From the NCBI GenBank assembly GCA_964605885.1, contig CAZSED010000012.1, forward strand, positions 5,541 to 69,540: a stretch of DNA of 64,000 nt, given 5' to 3'. The notes below the pieces were generated by a model, which was not told the DNA's origin, did not search any database, and worked only from the letters and a program-made list of their open reading frames with translations. Of this stretch, positions 1 to 9,402 are shown piece by piece; the first letter of the stretch is position 1; each line of letters opens with the position of its first letter. The stretch comes from an uncultured Dehalococcoidales bacterium (GTDB lineage Bacteria > Chloroflexota > Dehalococcoidia > GIF9 > UBA5629). Made by a program: the position numbers and the translations under genes.

Positions 1-2
1 AT

Positions 3-995
3 AGAGGTTCCGTCACTGGCATGGTTGGAGCTGATTTTTCGCACCAGGCTCTCTATATGGCTGTAGTCGCCTGAGCTCAGTGAAACAAGCGAAACCGTGT
101 TGTACCCGGTATTCCGCAGCAGGCACTCAGCCGCCTCAGCGGCCTGGTCCTCGGGCAGCTCCCTTACCGGGCGATAGAGCATGCCGGCCTGGCAAAAGCG
201 GCAACCCCGGCTGCAGCCCCGTTGTATCTCCACTGCAGCCCGGTCATGTATAACCTCGACATATGGGACCACCGGCTTTACGACCGGCGTCAGCTTGCCG
301 GCTATCACACGCTGAATCGAAGCCGGGCCATCGGCATTAAGGGGAGCCACGGAAGAGAGCGTTCCGTCGGCTCCGTAGCTGACCGAATAGAAGCTCGGCA
401 CGTATATTCCCGGTGTAAGGGCCAGCTTGCGAAGCAGGCTGGCACGATCCTTTATATATGTGCTGAGGGTCTCAGCAATTCCAGGCAAGGCATCCTCGAC
501 TTCGCCGACAAAGAAGAGGTCGATAAAATCGGAGAGAGGCTCTGGGTTTGCGGCGCAGCTCCCTCCCACTATGACCAGCGGGTACCTGGCATCCCGCTGG
601 CGGCTCAAGACGGGTATCCCCGCCAGGTCCAGCATATTCAGGGCAGTTGTATATCCCAGCTCGTAACCAAGTGAAAAACCCAGTACATCGAACTCGACGA
701 GCAGATGGCGCGTCTCAAGGCTGTACAGCGGCAGATTATTCTGGCGGAGCTGTCTTTCCATGTCAGGCCAAGGGGCATATACCCTTTCAGCCAGCACGTG
801 CGGCAGGTGGTTGAGCAATTCGTAAAGAATGGGGATGGCCATGTTGGAACTGCCGACCTCATAAATATCGGGGAAGGCCAGGGCAACGCGCAGGCGGGCT
901 TTATCCCAGTCCTTTTTTACGGCGTTCCACTCCCCCCCGGTGTACCTGGCCGGCTTGGTGATGTTGTGGAAGATGGAATCTTCAAGCTGAAGCAT
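3..995 (-). CDS. B12-binding radical SAM protein (TIGR03960-like), 3' end runs off the window
   Basis: Not in the ORF track. Manual translation from ATG at 995: MLQLEDSIFHNITKPARYTGGEWN...FPDIYEVGSSNMAIPILYELLN, later VEIQRGCSRGCRFCQAGM (CxxxCxxC) near 180-235. Confidence 0.9.
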   Translation of the reverse strand, partial: MLQLEDSIFHNITKPARYTGGEWNAVKKDWDKARLRVALAFPDIYEVGSSNMAIPILYELLNHLPHVLAERVYAPWPDMERQLRQNNLPLYSLETRHLLVEFDVLGFSLGYELGYTTALNMLDLAGIPVLSRQRDARYPLVIVGGSCAANPEPLSDFIDLFFVGEVEDALPGIAETLSTYIKDRASLLRKLALTPGIYVPSFYSVSYGADGTLSSVAPLNADGPASIQRVIAGKLTPVVKPVVPYVEVIHDRAAVEIQRGCSRGCRFCQAGMLYRPVRELPEDQAAEAAECLLRNTGYNTVSLVSLSSGDYSHIESLVRKISSNHASDGTS

Positions 996-1010
996 GCGAA
1001 TTCGTATTCA

Positions 1011-1039
1011 ATTATAGCTGGCGTTAGTGGCCTGCACAA
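1011..1039 (-). promoter_or_regulatory. Putative sigma70 promoter of the radical SAM gene
   Basis: Minus strand TTGTGC-17 nt-TATAAT, 15 nt upstream of the ATG. Confidence 0.5.
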
Positions 1040-1086
1040 AACATATGGAATTGGCCGTTTATCTCACTATTGTGAGCTGAACGGCG

Positions 1087-1116
1087 TTGACACTCAGTAA
1101 CTTAAAAGAGTATAAA
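1087..1116 (+). promoter_or_regulatory. Putative sigma70 promoter of the histidine kinase
   Basis: TTGACA(1087-1092)-18 nt-TATAAA(1111-1116); GGGAG upstream of ATG 1172. Confidence 0.6.
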
Positions 1117-1171
1117 ATATCCATAATATCGGGATTGATTTAGTGGTCATGAGGCTCCGGGGAGCTGGGAA

Positions 1172-4100
1172 ATGCCCAGAAAAGAGAGCAAAAAAAACCG
1201 GGGAAAAGAAGATTTAAAGGCGTCAAAGCCTAAACGCGCGGTCAGGAAAAGAGCAGCCAAGCCCAAGCCCATCGTTAAACCAGAGCCTGAGCCTAAACTG
1301 ACGCCTGTCACCCTGGTAAATCCGGCTGAGCTACTGGATGGACTGCCGATCGGGATATGTTTGTTTGACGGGGAAGACAGGGTCAGCTACTGCAATGATT
1401 GTTTCCTGGCCATTACCGGCCTGCAGCCGAACGACATACTCAATAAAAAATTGAAGCCGAACCTGATCTGCGGAGCTGCGGAGAAACCCGATGAATTGCA
1501 GGAATTATTTCAGAAGGCAAAGGATTCAGGCAGGACGGTGGCCGCCAGCGGCCTTTCAATTGATCGAGACCAAGAAGGGCTGAAGACCTGGAACATTAGC
1601 TTGATTCCTCTAGCAGACGAGGAAAAGCGCTATAACGGGATGGGGCTGCTGATTGAAGACATCACAGACCGGCCCCTGGATATACGGGACGCCGAGCTTT
1701 ACCGCAATTTTTATGAGGCCGCCTTGCATAGCAGCGGGACGCAGTCCATGCTTCAGGAGCTGGTCGGCGTAATCAAGGCCTATTGCCGCTGTGCCCACGT
1801 GAAAATCGTTATATTCAACGCTGGCAGGGAGGGGGCGTTCAAGGCGGAGACGGGTAAAAGGACCGGGTTGTGGGACAAGGACCAGTCAGTTGGCCCGCTC
1901 ACGCTCCAGGAGCTGTTCAAACAACCTGCTGACTTACTTACCCCCGGCGGGTCAATTTACATCAGGGACATAAACGAACTTGAAGGCAACCTTGAAGGGA
2001 CGTTAAAAGAGCTGGTGGTTAATGCAGCTAACTCATACGGGTTCACGTCTCTGGCACTTGTGCCGGTTAAAATTGAAGACCGGATTTGCGGCCTTATTCA
2101 ACTGGCCAGTATAAAGTCGCCTGTACGCCAGGAAGTTGTGGGCATCGTGGAAAACCTCTCCGAGCTGCTGCAGGTCATTCTTGAGCGCGCCAGTTTAAGA
2201 ACGGAGATGCGCAGGGAGCGCGAGAGCCTGTTGAAGCAGATGCACGAACGCAGCGCACATCTGGAAGCCCTGAGCGAACGTTTGAAACAGGAAGCGAGTG
2301 AGCGTAAGAAAGCGCAGGAAGACCTGAAAGTTCAGAAAGACCTGGCGGTTACTCTGGCCGGCATCGATGGCATGAATGAAGCGCTGCGGCTGTGCCTCGA
2401 ATCAGCCATACGCATATCAGGCATGGACAGCGGCGGCATCTACCTGTTGGACCCGGCGACCGGCGGGTGGGACCTGGCATATTCAATCGGTCTCTCCGAG
2501 AATTTTATCAAAGAGGTATCCCACTATGACCAGGCCGAGGCCAATGCCCAGCTTGCTGCCGCGGGAAAGACCCTGCTGGTGCGTGACATACCGGATATGA
2601 AGACCAAGGACCTAATGATAGTTGAAGGGATTAAGGGCCTCTGCGGCATCCCGATATTACATCAGGGGCAGGCCGTAGCCTTTATGAATATAGCTTCCCA
2701 CGTTATTGAAGAAATCTCGTTCCCTGTCAGGAGTTCACTTGAGGCAGTGGCGGCGGAGAGCGGCTCGGCCATAGGCCGTTTGAGGGATGAGGCGGCACTG
2801 GAAGAGAGCCGTGGTTTGTACGGGGCTTTGTTTGAGGGAACGGCGGACCCGATACTGGTTTACGATGAGGAAGGTAACTATATAGATGGCAACCAGGCTG
2901 CCCTGGACTTCCTTGAATGCGGCAGGGATGAGCTGCTGAAGATGAACGTCAGGAATACTTTGCCTCCATACCTGGACGAAGGATGGTTCAACCAGTACCG
3001 CAAGATTTGGAAGACGGGCGGCAGGATGGAGAGGGACTATTATGTCTGGGGCAAAATAAAGGTGATGGAGCTCACCATAACTCCTGTACGCTTGGGCCAA
3101 CGCCAGGTAATTGTTAATGTGGGCAAGGATATCACCGAGCGCAAGAAACTGGAGCAGGACCTGCGCAAGAGCGAAGAGCGGTACCGCACAATGCTCGAGC
3201 AGATGGACGAAGTGTATTTCGAGGTGGATTTGAGGGGGAAATATACGTTTTTCAATGAAGCCCTCTGCCGTCAGCTCGGCTATGCCAGGGAAGAGCTGAT
3301 GGATATAGACTGGAAGGTTACCGTTCCTCCCGAGGACCTTAACAAAACCTATGACATGTACATGGAGATATACCGCACCGGCCAGCCACGCCTCTGGCAG
3401 CCCACAGTTAATATCCGCAAGGATGGAAGCTTAATATATGTGGAAGACTCTGTCTATCCTGTAAAAAACGATGCCGGGCAAATAACAGGCTTCCGCGGCA
3501 TAAGCCGCGAAGTGACGGAACGTAAAAAGGCCGAGGATGCACTTAGATACAGCGAGCAGAAATACCGCTCCATCCTAGAAGACATAGACGAGTCATACTA
3601 TGAAATTGACGCCAAAGGTAACCTGATCTTTTTTAACGACGCCTGCACCCGCAGGTTCGGCTATTCACGCGAGGAGCTGGTGGGGATGAACTACAAGGCA
3701 TTCACCCGGCCCGAAGACGTGAAGGAGAAGGTGCGAATATTCACTAAGGTGTTTCAAACAGGCAAGCCGCGCTTTGCTCAGCCCATGGTCAACGTCCGCA
3801 AGGATGGCTCGATAGCCTACGTGGAGGACTCGATATTCCCACTGCTTAACGAAAAAGGGGAGATCATCGGCTGCCGGGGCATCGGGCGTGACGTAACCGA
3901 GAGGAGGCGCTGGGAGACGGCGCTTAAGGAGAGCGAGGAAAAGTTCCGCCGGCTGTTTTACGAGTCGCCCGTGGGGGCTGCAATAACAACTGTGGAGAAC
4001 TTCCATTTCGTATTGGCCAACCAGGCGATGTGCGACATCCTGGGATACACGGCTGAGGAATTGACCCTGTTGAACTTCAGGGATATTACTCACCCTGACG

Positions 4101-7100
4101 ACCTGGATCGAGATGTTGAACAGATACAAAAGCTGGCGGCTGGAGAAATAGAGCAGTATGAAACTGATAAACGTTATATTCGCAAGGATGGAGCGACGGT
4201 CTGGGGACACCTCTCCGTGCGTTTGATCAGGGATGCATCAGGACAGCCTTTATATTATCTTCCAATCATACAGGATATTACCGCACAGAGGATGGCCGAG
4301 GTGGCGTTGCGCGAGTCTGAGTCCAAATACCGCAGCCTGGTGGAAAGTGGCGGGGCGGGCATCGTCACCTGTGATAGTAATGGCTACGTAAATTTCATCA
4401 ATGACACGCTCTGCAAGCTAATCGGCTACAGCCGGAACGAGGTGATGGGCAAGCCATTCCTGGACTTTGCCCACACCGATGACCAGGATGAAGTGGGCAG
4501 GCTTTATATGCTGGCCGTTGAGGAAAAGCTCAGGGACGTACACTTTGAAGTGCGCGTGCCGCACAAAGACGGCCGCATCATCTGGTTTTATGTTAGCCCG
4601 GTGGCGCTGAAAATTGACGGCAAGATGGCCGGGTTCAGCGCCATACTACAGGATATAACAGAGCTAAAGTGGGCGGAAGATAAGATAGAGCGCCTGAATC
4701 TTATACTTCAGGCTATACGCATGGTCAACCAGCTGATCGTGCGGGAAAAGGAGCTGGACCACTTACTGCAGCTAGCCTGCGACAGCTTGGTGGAAACCCG
4801 GGGCCTGCGCAGCGCCTGCATTGTGCTGCTGGATGAGTCAAGAAATTATGTAGCGTCGGCGCAGGCCGGACTGGGCGAAGGTTATACCGGCCTGGAGCAG
4901 GAGCTCAGGATGGGGAAACTTCCTTATTGTATGGGATGCGCCCTGGAACAGGCCGAGCCCGTGGAGATAACCGAAAAAATCCCAGCATGCACGGATTGCC
5001 CGCTCTGGCCGGTTGACCAGGGGTATCCCACCATCGGGACCAGGCTTGAGTACGGCAACACGGTGTATGGCGTGCTCATCGTCTCTGCGCCGGAGGAGAT
5101 ACCGTTTGACCTGGAGGAGAAGGAACTGCTGGCTGAGGTTGCCGGCGATATCTCCTTTGCCGTGCATAACCTGGAGCTTGAGCTCCAGAAGAAACAGGCG
5201 GACGAAGCCTTGAAGGAGTCTGAAGAGCACTTCCGCAGCCTGGCGGAAGAGTCTCCTAACATGATCTTTATCAACGCTATGGGCCGCAACGTGTACGTCA
5301 ACAGGAAGTGCGAGGAGCTGACGGGCTATGCCAGGGAGGAACTGCTGGCTGAGGATTTCAGTTTCTTCCGCCTGATAGCGCCCGAACATATAGAAAAGCT
5401 GAAGGAAAACTTCGCTAGGCACGCAAGGGGAGAAGATATAGCGCCGGTCGAGTACGTGCTCTTGACTGAGACCGGCGACCGCCTGGACGTCGTTCTGAGC
5501 ACGAAGCTGATCACCTATGACAACAAGCCGGCTATCCTGGGCGTGGTAACCGATGTTTCGAATATAAAGAAGATAGAACGAGCCCTAATGGAGACGGAGA
5601 ATAAATACCGCATCATCATGGAGGAGACCAGCGAGGCTTACCTGGAGATGGACTTCAGGGGCTACTTCACCTTCGTTAATGATGCAGCCTGCCAGCACCT
5701 GGGTTACACACGGGAAGAGCTGATAGGCATGAGCTACAAGGTCATCACCAGGCCCCAGGATATACACAACAGGGTGGCCATCTGGGCTGAAGTATACAGG
5801 ACGGGAATACCACGGCATCTCGTTGAGTTCATTAATGTGCGGAAGGACGGTTCGCTTTATTACACCGAGATCTCGATATTCCCGCTTCATAATGAGAAGG
5901 GGGAAATAGTAGGACTACGTTCGGTGGCGCTGGATATCACCAGGCGCAAGGAGGCAGAGGACGAACTGCGCATGAGTGAGGAGCGTTATCGTACCATACT
6001 TGAGGACATCGACGAGTCTTATGTTGAGACTGACCTCAAAGGGAACGTAACATTTTTCAACAATGCCGTCCTCAAAAAGCTGGGCTATACACGTGAGGAA
6101 TTCAGCGGCATCAATTATAAGATGTATACGCCGCCTGACCAGATCAGAGTAAAAGCCAGGGTTTATTCGGAGGTTGTCAGCACGGGGATGCCAGTCTACT
6201 GGCATCCATTCAGGAACCTGGCCAAGGACGGGACCCTGAGGTATTCAGAGTCGTCCATTTTCCCATTGCGAAACGAAAAAGGCGAAATTGTAGGGATCCG
6301 TACAATAACCAGGGATGTGACGGAGAAAGAGCAGGCCCTGCACGCCCTTATCAATAGCGAAGCAAAGTACCGGAGCCTGGTTGAAAGCGGCGGCGCCGGC
6401 ATTGCCACCACGGACCTTGAGGGCAACCTGGACTTTGTCAATGATACGCTGTGCAGCCTGCTGGGTTATACCAAGGAAGAGCTGATGGGCAAGCCTTTCG
6501 TAGCTTTTATCAGGGAAGAGGACAGACAGGCCATAATCGATGCCTTTGTGGCGGCGGTACAGGGCGAAAGACACGGGGCGCATCTGGAGTTTCGCCTCAT
6601 GCATAAAGATGGGCATGAGATCTGGGTATACACCAACCCGACCGAGCTGAGCGTAGACAACGAAGTTGTCGGATTCAGCGCCATTATCCATGACATATCG
6701 GAGCGCAAGCGGGCTGAAGAGACAATCCGCCAGAACGAGGAAAAGTATCGCACCATACTTGAGGACATTGAGGAGCACTATGCCGAGGCAGACCAGCGTG
6801 GCAGCTTTACCTTCGTCAATGATGCCCTGTGCCGCTACTTTGGCTATTCAAGGGAAGAGATGCTCAACCTCAGTTACAAGGTTTACACGCCGCCCGAAGA
6901 TATCCGGCACAGGGTGGCAATTTTTTCGGAGGTTTACCGCACCGGCCAGCCAGTATACTGGCAGTTGTTCAGGGACATCATAAGGGACGGGTCGATTCGC
7001 TACACTGAGATATCCATCTTCCCGCGGCGCAACGAAAAAGGGGAGATAATCGGATTAAAGACGATTGGCAGGGACGTGACAGAACGCAGGAAGGCGGAAG

Positions 7101-8194
7101 AACAGCTTCAAAAGAGTGAAGAGCGCTACCGGCTGCTGGCGGATAATGCGCTGGACGTTATTTTTACCACGGACCTCAAAGGGAAGATAAACTATATCAG
7201 CCCCTCCATGTCCCATTTAACCGGACTTACTCCGCGGGAGATCATGAGTTTCCAGGGCGAAGCACTGGATATCGAGAGACTCTTCGGAATGTCTTCTACA
7301 GATGCAGAAAAGCTGAGGAGGGCTTGGGAGGCGGTTGTGGCGAATCCCGCCAAGACACAGCTGCTGGAGTTTGAGTTTAAGCACCGTGACGGCTTCAGGT
7401 CCTGGGCGGAGTTGAAAATGAGTGTCATGCAGGACAAGGACGGCAATATGACGGGCGTGCAGGGTGTAATGCGGGACATCTCTCAGCAGAAGAAGATGAC
7501 GGAGAGGCTGGTCAGCGCCGACCGGCTGGCTTCGCTGGGCGAAATGGCGGCCGGCCTGGCCCACGAAGTGAACAACCCGCTGACGGCCGTGATGGGCTTT
7601 GCCTATCTATTGATGCAGAACCCGGATATCCCGGCTGAGACCAAGGGCGACGTAGAGGCGATCTACCGCGAGGGCAAGCGCGCAGCGGATGTCATCCGCA
7701 GCTTCCTGATATTCGCCCGCGGCCAGAAACCTGAGAAACAGGCCATCTATCTTAATGACATCATACATGGTGTGCTGCGGTTAAGAAGCAGCCAGCTGGA
7801 GAAGGAAAACATCAAGGTAATTTTGAACTTGGCTGAAGACCTGCCGGCCATCCAGGGCGACATATCTCAGATGCAGCAGGTATTTTTAAACATCATTCTC
7901 AACGCCGAGTATTTCATGTACCAGGCCCACCGCAAAGGCGCCCTTGCTATCAGCACCCAGTCTGCGGATGGCCTGATCAAGGTGGCGATAGCGGATGACG
8001 GCCCGGGCATTGCACCGGACAAGCTCAGCAGGGTGTTTGATCCGTTCTTTACAACCAAGGAAGTGGGGGAGGGCACGGGCCTGGGCCTGAGCATATGCCA
8101 CGGCACGATCAAGGAGCACGGCGGCAATATATATGTTGACAGTGAAGCGGGGCAGGGGGCTACTTTTACCATAGAGCTGCCGGTCAGCAGGTAG
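1172..8194 (+). CDS. Giant cytoplasmic multi-PAS/GAF sensor histidine kinase (NtrB-like HisKA + HATPase)
   Basis: Repeated SEERYR...DITERK PAS/PAC units, GAF-like segments, H-box LAHEVNNPL, N-box QVFLNIILNA, G1 DDGPGI, F-box FDPFFTTK, G2 GTGLGL; no obvious TM helix or receiver domain. Confidence 0.95.
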   Translation: MPRKESKKNRGKEDLKASKPKRAVRKRAAKPKPIVKPEPEPKLTPVTLVNPAELLDGLPIGICLFDGEDRVSYCNDCFLAITGLQPNDILNKKLKPNLICGAAEKPDELQELFQKAKDSGRTVAASGLSIDRDQEGLKTWNISLIPLADEEKRYNGMGLLIEDITDRPLDIRDAELYRNFYEAALHSSGTQSMLQELVGVIKAYCRCAHVKIVIFNAGREGAFKAETGKRTGLWDKDQSVGPLTLQELFKQPADLLTPGGSIYIRDINELEGNLEGTLKELVVNAANSYGFTSLALVPVKIEDRICGLIQLASIKSPVRQEVVGIVENLSELLQVILERASLRTEMRRERESLLKQMHERSAHLEALSERLKQEASERKKAQEDLKVQKDLAVTLAGIDGMNEALRLCLESAIRISGMDSGGIYLLDPATGGWDLAYSIGLSENFIKEVSHYDQAEANAQLAAAGKTLLVRDIPDMKTKDLMIVEGIKGLCGIPILHQGQAVAFMNIASHVIEEISFPVRSSLEAVAAESGSAIGRLRDEAALEESRGLYGALFEGTADPILVYDEEGNYIDGNQAALDFLECGRDELLKMNVRNTLPPYLDEGWFNQYRKIWKTGGRMERDYYVWGKIKVMELTITPVRLGQRQVIVNVGKDITERKKLEQDLRKSEERYRTMLEQMDEVYFEVDLRGKYTFFNEALCRQLGYAREELMDIDWKVTVPPEDLNKTYDMYMEIYRTGQPRLWQPTVNIRKDGSLIYVEDSVYPVKNDAGQITGFRGISREVTERKKAEDALRYSEQKYRSILEDIDESYYEIDAKGNLIFFNDACTRRFGYSREELVGMNYKAFTRPEDVKEKVRIFTKVFQTGKPRFAQPMVNVRKDGSIAYVEDSIFPLLNEKGEIIGCRGIGRDVTERRRWETALKESEEKFRRLFYESPVGAAITTVENFHFVLANQAMCDILGYTAEELTLLNFRDITHPDDLDRDVEQIQKLAAGEIEQYETDKRYIRKDGATVWGHLSVRLIRDASGQPLYYLPIIQDITAQRMAEVALRESESKYRSLVESGGAGIVTCDSNGYVNFINDTLCKLIGYSRNEVMGKPFLDFAHTDDQDEVGRLYMLAVEEKLRDVHFEVRVPHKDGRIIWFYVSPVALKIDGKMAGFSAILQDITELKWAEDKIERLNLILQAIRMVNQLIVREKELDHLLQLACDSLVETRGLRSACIVLLDESRNYVASAQAGLGEGYTGLEQELRMGKLPYCMGCALEQAEPVEITEKIPACTDCPLWPVDQGYPTIGTRLEYGNTVYGVLIVSAPEEIPFDLEEKELLAEVAGDISFAVHNLELELQKKQADEALKESEEHFRSLAEESPNMIFINAMGRNVYVNRKCEELTGYAREELLAEDFSFFRLIAPEHIEKLKENFARHARGEDIAPVEYVLLTETGDRLDVVLSTKLITYDNKPAILGVVTDVSNIKKIERALMETENKYRIIMEETSEAYLEMDFRGYFTFVNDAACQHLGYTREELIGMSYKVITRPQDIHNRVAIWAEVYRTGIPRHLVEFINVRKDGSLYYTEISIFPLHNEKGEIVGLRSVALDITRRKEAEDELRMSEERYRTILEDIDESYVETDLKGNVTFFNNAVLKKLGYTREEFSGINYKMYTPPDQIRVKARVYSEVVSTGMPVYWHPFRNLAKDGTLRYSESSIFPLRNEKGEIVGIRTITRDVTEKEQALHALINSEAKYRSLVESGGAGIATTDLEGNLDFVNDTLCSLLGYTKEELMGKPFVAFIREEDRQAIIDAFVAAVQGERHGAHLEFRLMHKDGHEIWVYTNPTELSVDNEVVGFSAIIHDISERKRAEETIRQNEEKYRTILEDIEEHYAEADQRGSFTFVNDALCRYFGYSREEMLNLSYKVYTPPEDIRHRVAIFSEVYRTGQPVYWQLFRDIIRDGSIRYTEISIFPRRNEKGEIIGLKTIGRDVTERRKAEEQLQKSEERYRLLADNALDVIFTTDLKGKINYISPSMSHLTGLTPREIMSFQGEALDIERLFGMSSTDAEKLRRAWEAVVANPAKTQLLEFEFKHRDGFRSWAELKMSVMQDKDGNMTGVQGVMRDISQQKKMTERLVSADRLASLGEMAAGLAHEVNNPLTAVMGFAYLLMQNPDIPAETKGDVEAIYREGKRAADVIRSFLIFARGQKPEKQAIYLNDIIHGVLRLRSSQLEKENIKVILNLAEDLPAIQGDISQMQQVFLNIILNAEYFMYQAHRKGALAISTQSADGLIKVAIADDGPGIAPDKLSRVFDPFFTTKEVGEGTGLGLSICHGTIKEHGGNIYVDSEAGQGATFTIELPVSR

Positions 8195-8218
8195 TTTGCC
8201 TTTCCCCTGTGGCGCTTG

Positions 8219-8248
8219 TTGACAGGAATGGAATTCCTATGATAACAT
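8219..8248 (+). promoter_or_regulatory. Putative str operon promoter
   Basis: TTGACA(8219-8224)-18 nt-TAACAT(8243-8248), with extended -10 TG at 8240-8241. Confidence 0.6.
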
Positions 8249-8429
8249 TTCCATTTGTTGCAAACTTGCGCTAATCTATATGATTTAGCGCAGGCTTTGT
8301 GTGGCCTGGATCTTAGATAAGCCGGCTGGTTGACCCGGGATGAGGGCCAGATCGGGAAGTAGTCCGGGAACAACTGGGTGGCTTTTTAATTTGCCGAAAA
8401 TTTAGAGTTATTTCGAGGATAAGAATAGT

Positions 8430-8864
8430 ATGCCGACTATCAATCAGCTGGTCAGAAAGGGACGCCGCAGGGTAGGCAGGAAGACCAAGGCGCCTGCTTT
8501 GCAGGTTATATACAACGCGCTTAAAAACCGCAGCCGCAAGGGCGTCTGCTCCCCCCAGAAGCGCGGCGTGTGCGTACAGGTCAAGACCATGACGCCCAAG
8601 AAGCCCAACTCAGCGCTGCGCAAGATCGCCCGTGTAAGACTGACCAACCATATTGAAGTTATGGCATACATCCCCGGAGAAGGCCACAACCTGCAGGAGC
8701 ACTCCGTTGTGCTCATTCGCGGGGGCAGGGTGAAAGACCTGCCCGGTGTCCGCTATCACATTATCCGCGGCACTCTCGATGCCGCCGGAGTCGAAAAACG
8801 CAGGCAGGGACGCAGTAAATACGGCGCCAAGCGGGGCAAGGCGCCCGTTGTCGCCACAGTCTGA
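8430..8864 (+). CDS. rpsL: 30S ribosomal protein S12
   Basis: [12 protein letters not shown]...[11 protein letters not shown]...[12 protein letters not shown]. Confidence 0.99.
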   Translation: MPTINQLVRKGRRRVGRKTKAPALQVIYNALKNRSRKGVCSPQKRGVCVQVKTMTPKKPNSALRKIARVRLTNHIEVMAYIPGEGHNLQEHSVVLIRGGRVKDLPGVRYHIIRGTLDAAGVEKRRQGRSKYGAKRGKAPVVATV

Positions 8865-8881
8865 GTTCAACAGGAGTAAAG

Positions 8882-9352
8882 ATGTCTAGGCGCGCCAAAT
8901 TTATCAAAAAGACGATCAACCCGGACCCCAAATTCGGGAGCCCGGTTATTGCCAGGTTTACTAATAAAATAATGTATATGGGCAAAAAATCCACCGCCCA
9001 GGGCATTATCTACGATGCATTCGAGCGCATAAACAAACAGATGAAGACCGACCCCCTTGCGGTTTTTGAGCAGGCACTTAAAAATGCCACGCCTATGCTG
9101 CAGGTAAAGTCGAGGCGCGTTGGCGGCGCCACATACCAGGTACCTATTGAGGTTTCCCCGGAGAGGGGCGAGTTCCTGGCAATGCGCTGGATTATTTCAT
9201 TTGCCAGGGAACGCAGCGGACGGTCGATGGCTGAAAAGCTGGCTGCAGAGTTGATGGATGCGGCGCAGGGACAGGGCAACTCGATCAAGAAAAAACAGGA
9301 TACGCACAAGATGGCCGAGGCCAATAAGGCATTTGCGCATTACCGATGGTAA
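8882..9352 (+). CDS. rpsG: 30S ribosomal protein S7
   Basis: [12 protein letters not shown]...[15 protein letters not shown]. Confidence 0.99.
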   Translation: MSRRAKFIKKTINPDPKFGSPVIARFTNKIMYMGKKSTAQGIIYDAFERINKQMKTDPLAVFEQALKNATPMLQVKSRRVGGATYQVPIEVSPERGEFLAMRWIISFARERSGRSMAEKLAAELMDAAQGQGNSIKKKQDTHKMAEANKAFAHYRW

Positions 9353-9402
9353 CCACAGGAATAAGGGAACCCAGGCCAAAGTCGGGCCGGGGTGTTAATA
9401 CG

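Noticed and set aside
222-1100. Plus-strand ORFs 222-674, 427-666 and 705-1100
   Set aside because: Antisense shadows of the radical SAM gene on the minus strand, which has clear family motifs
8192-8245. Amber (Pyl) or Sec readthrough at the kinase or other stop codons
   Set aside because: Proteins end at expected family termini; no in-frame continuation or recoding hairpin seen
8500-8550. Insertion in S12 ([14 protein letters not shown])
   Set aside because: Known indel shared by several monoderm phyla; not novel
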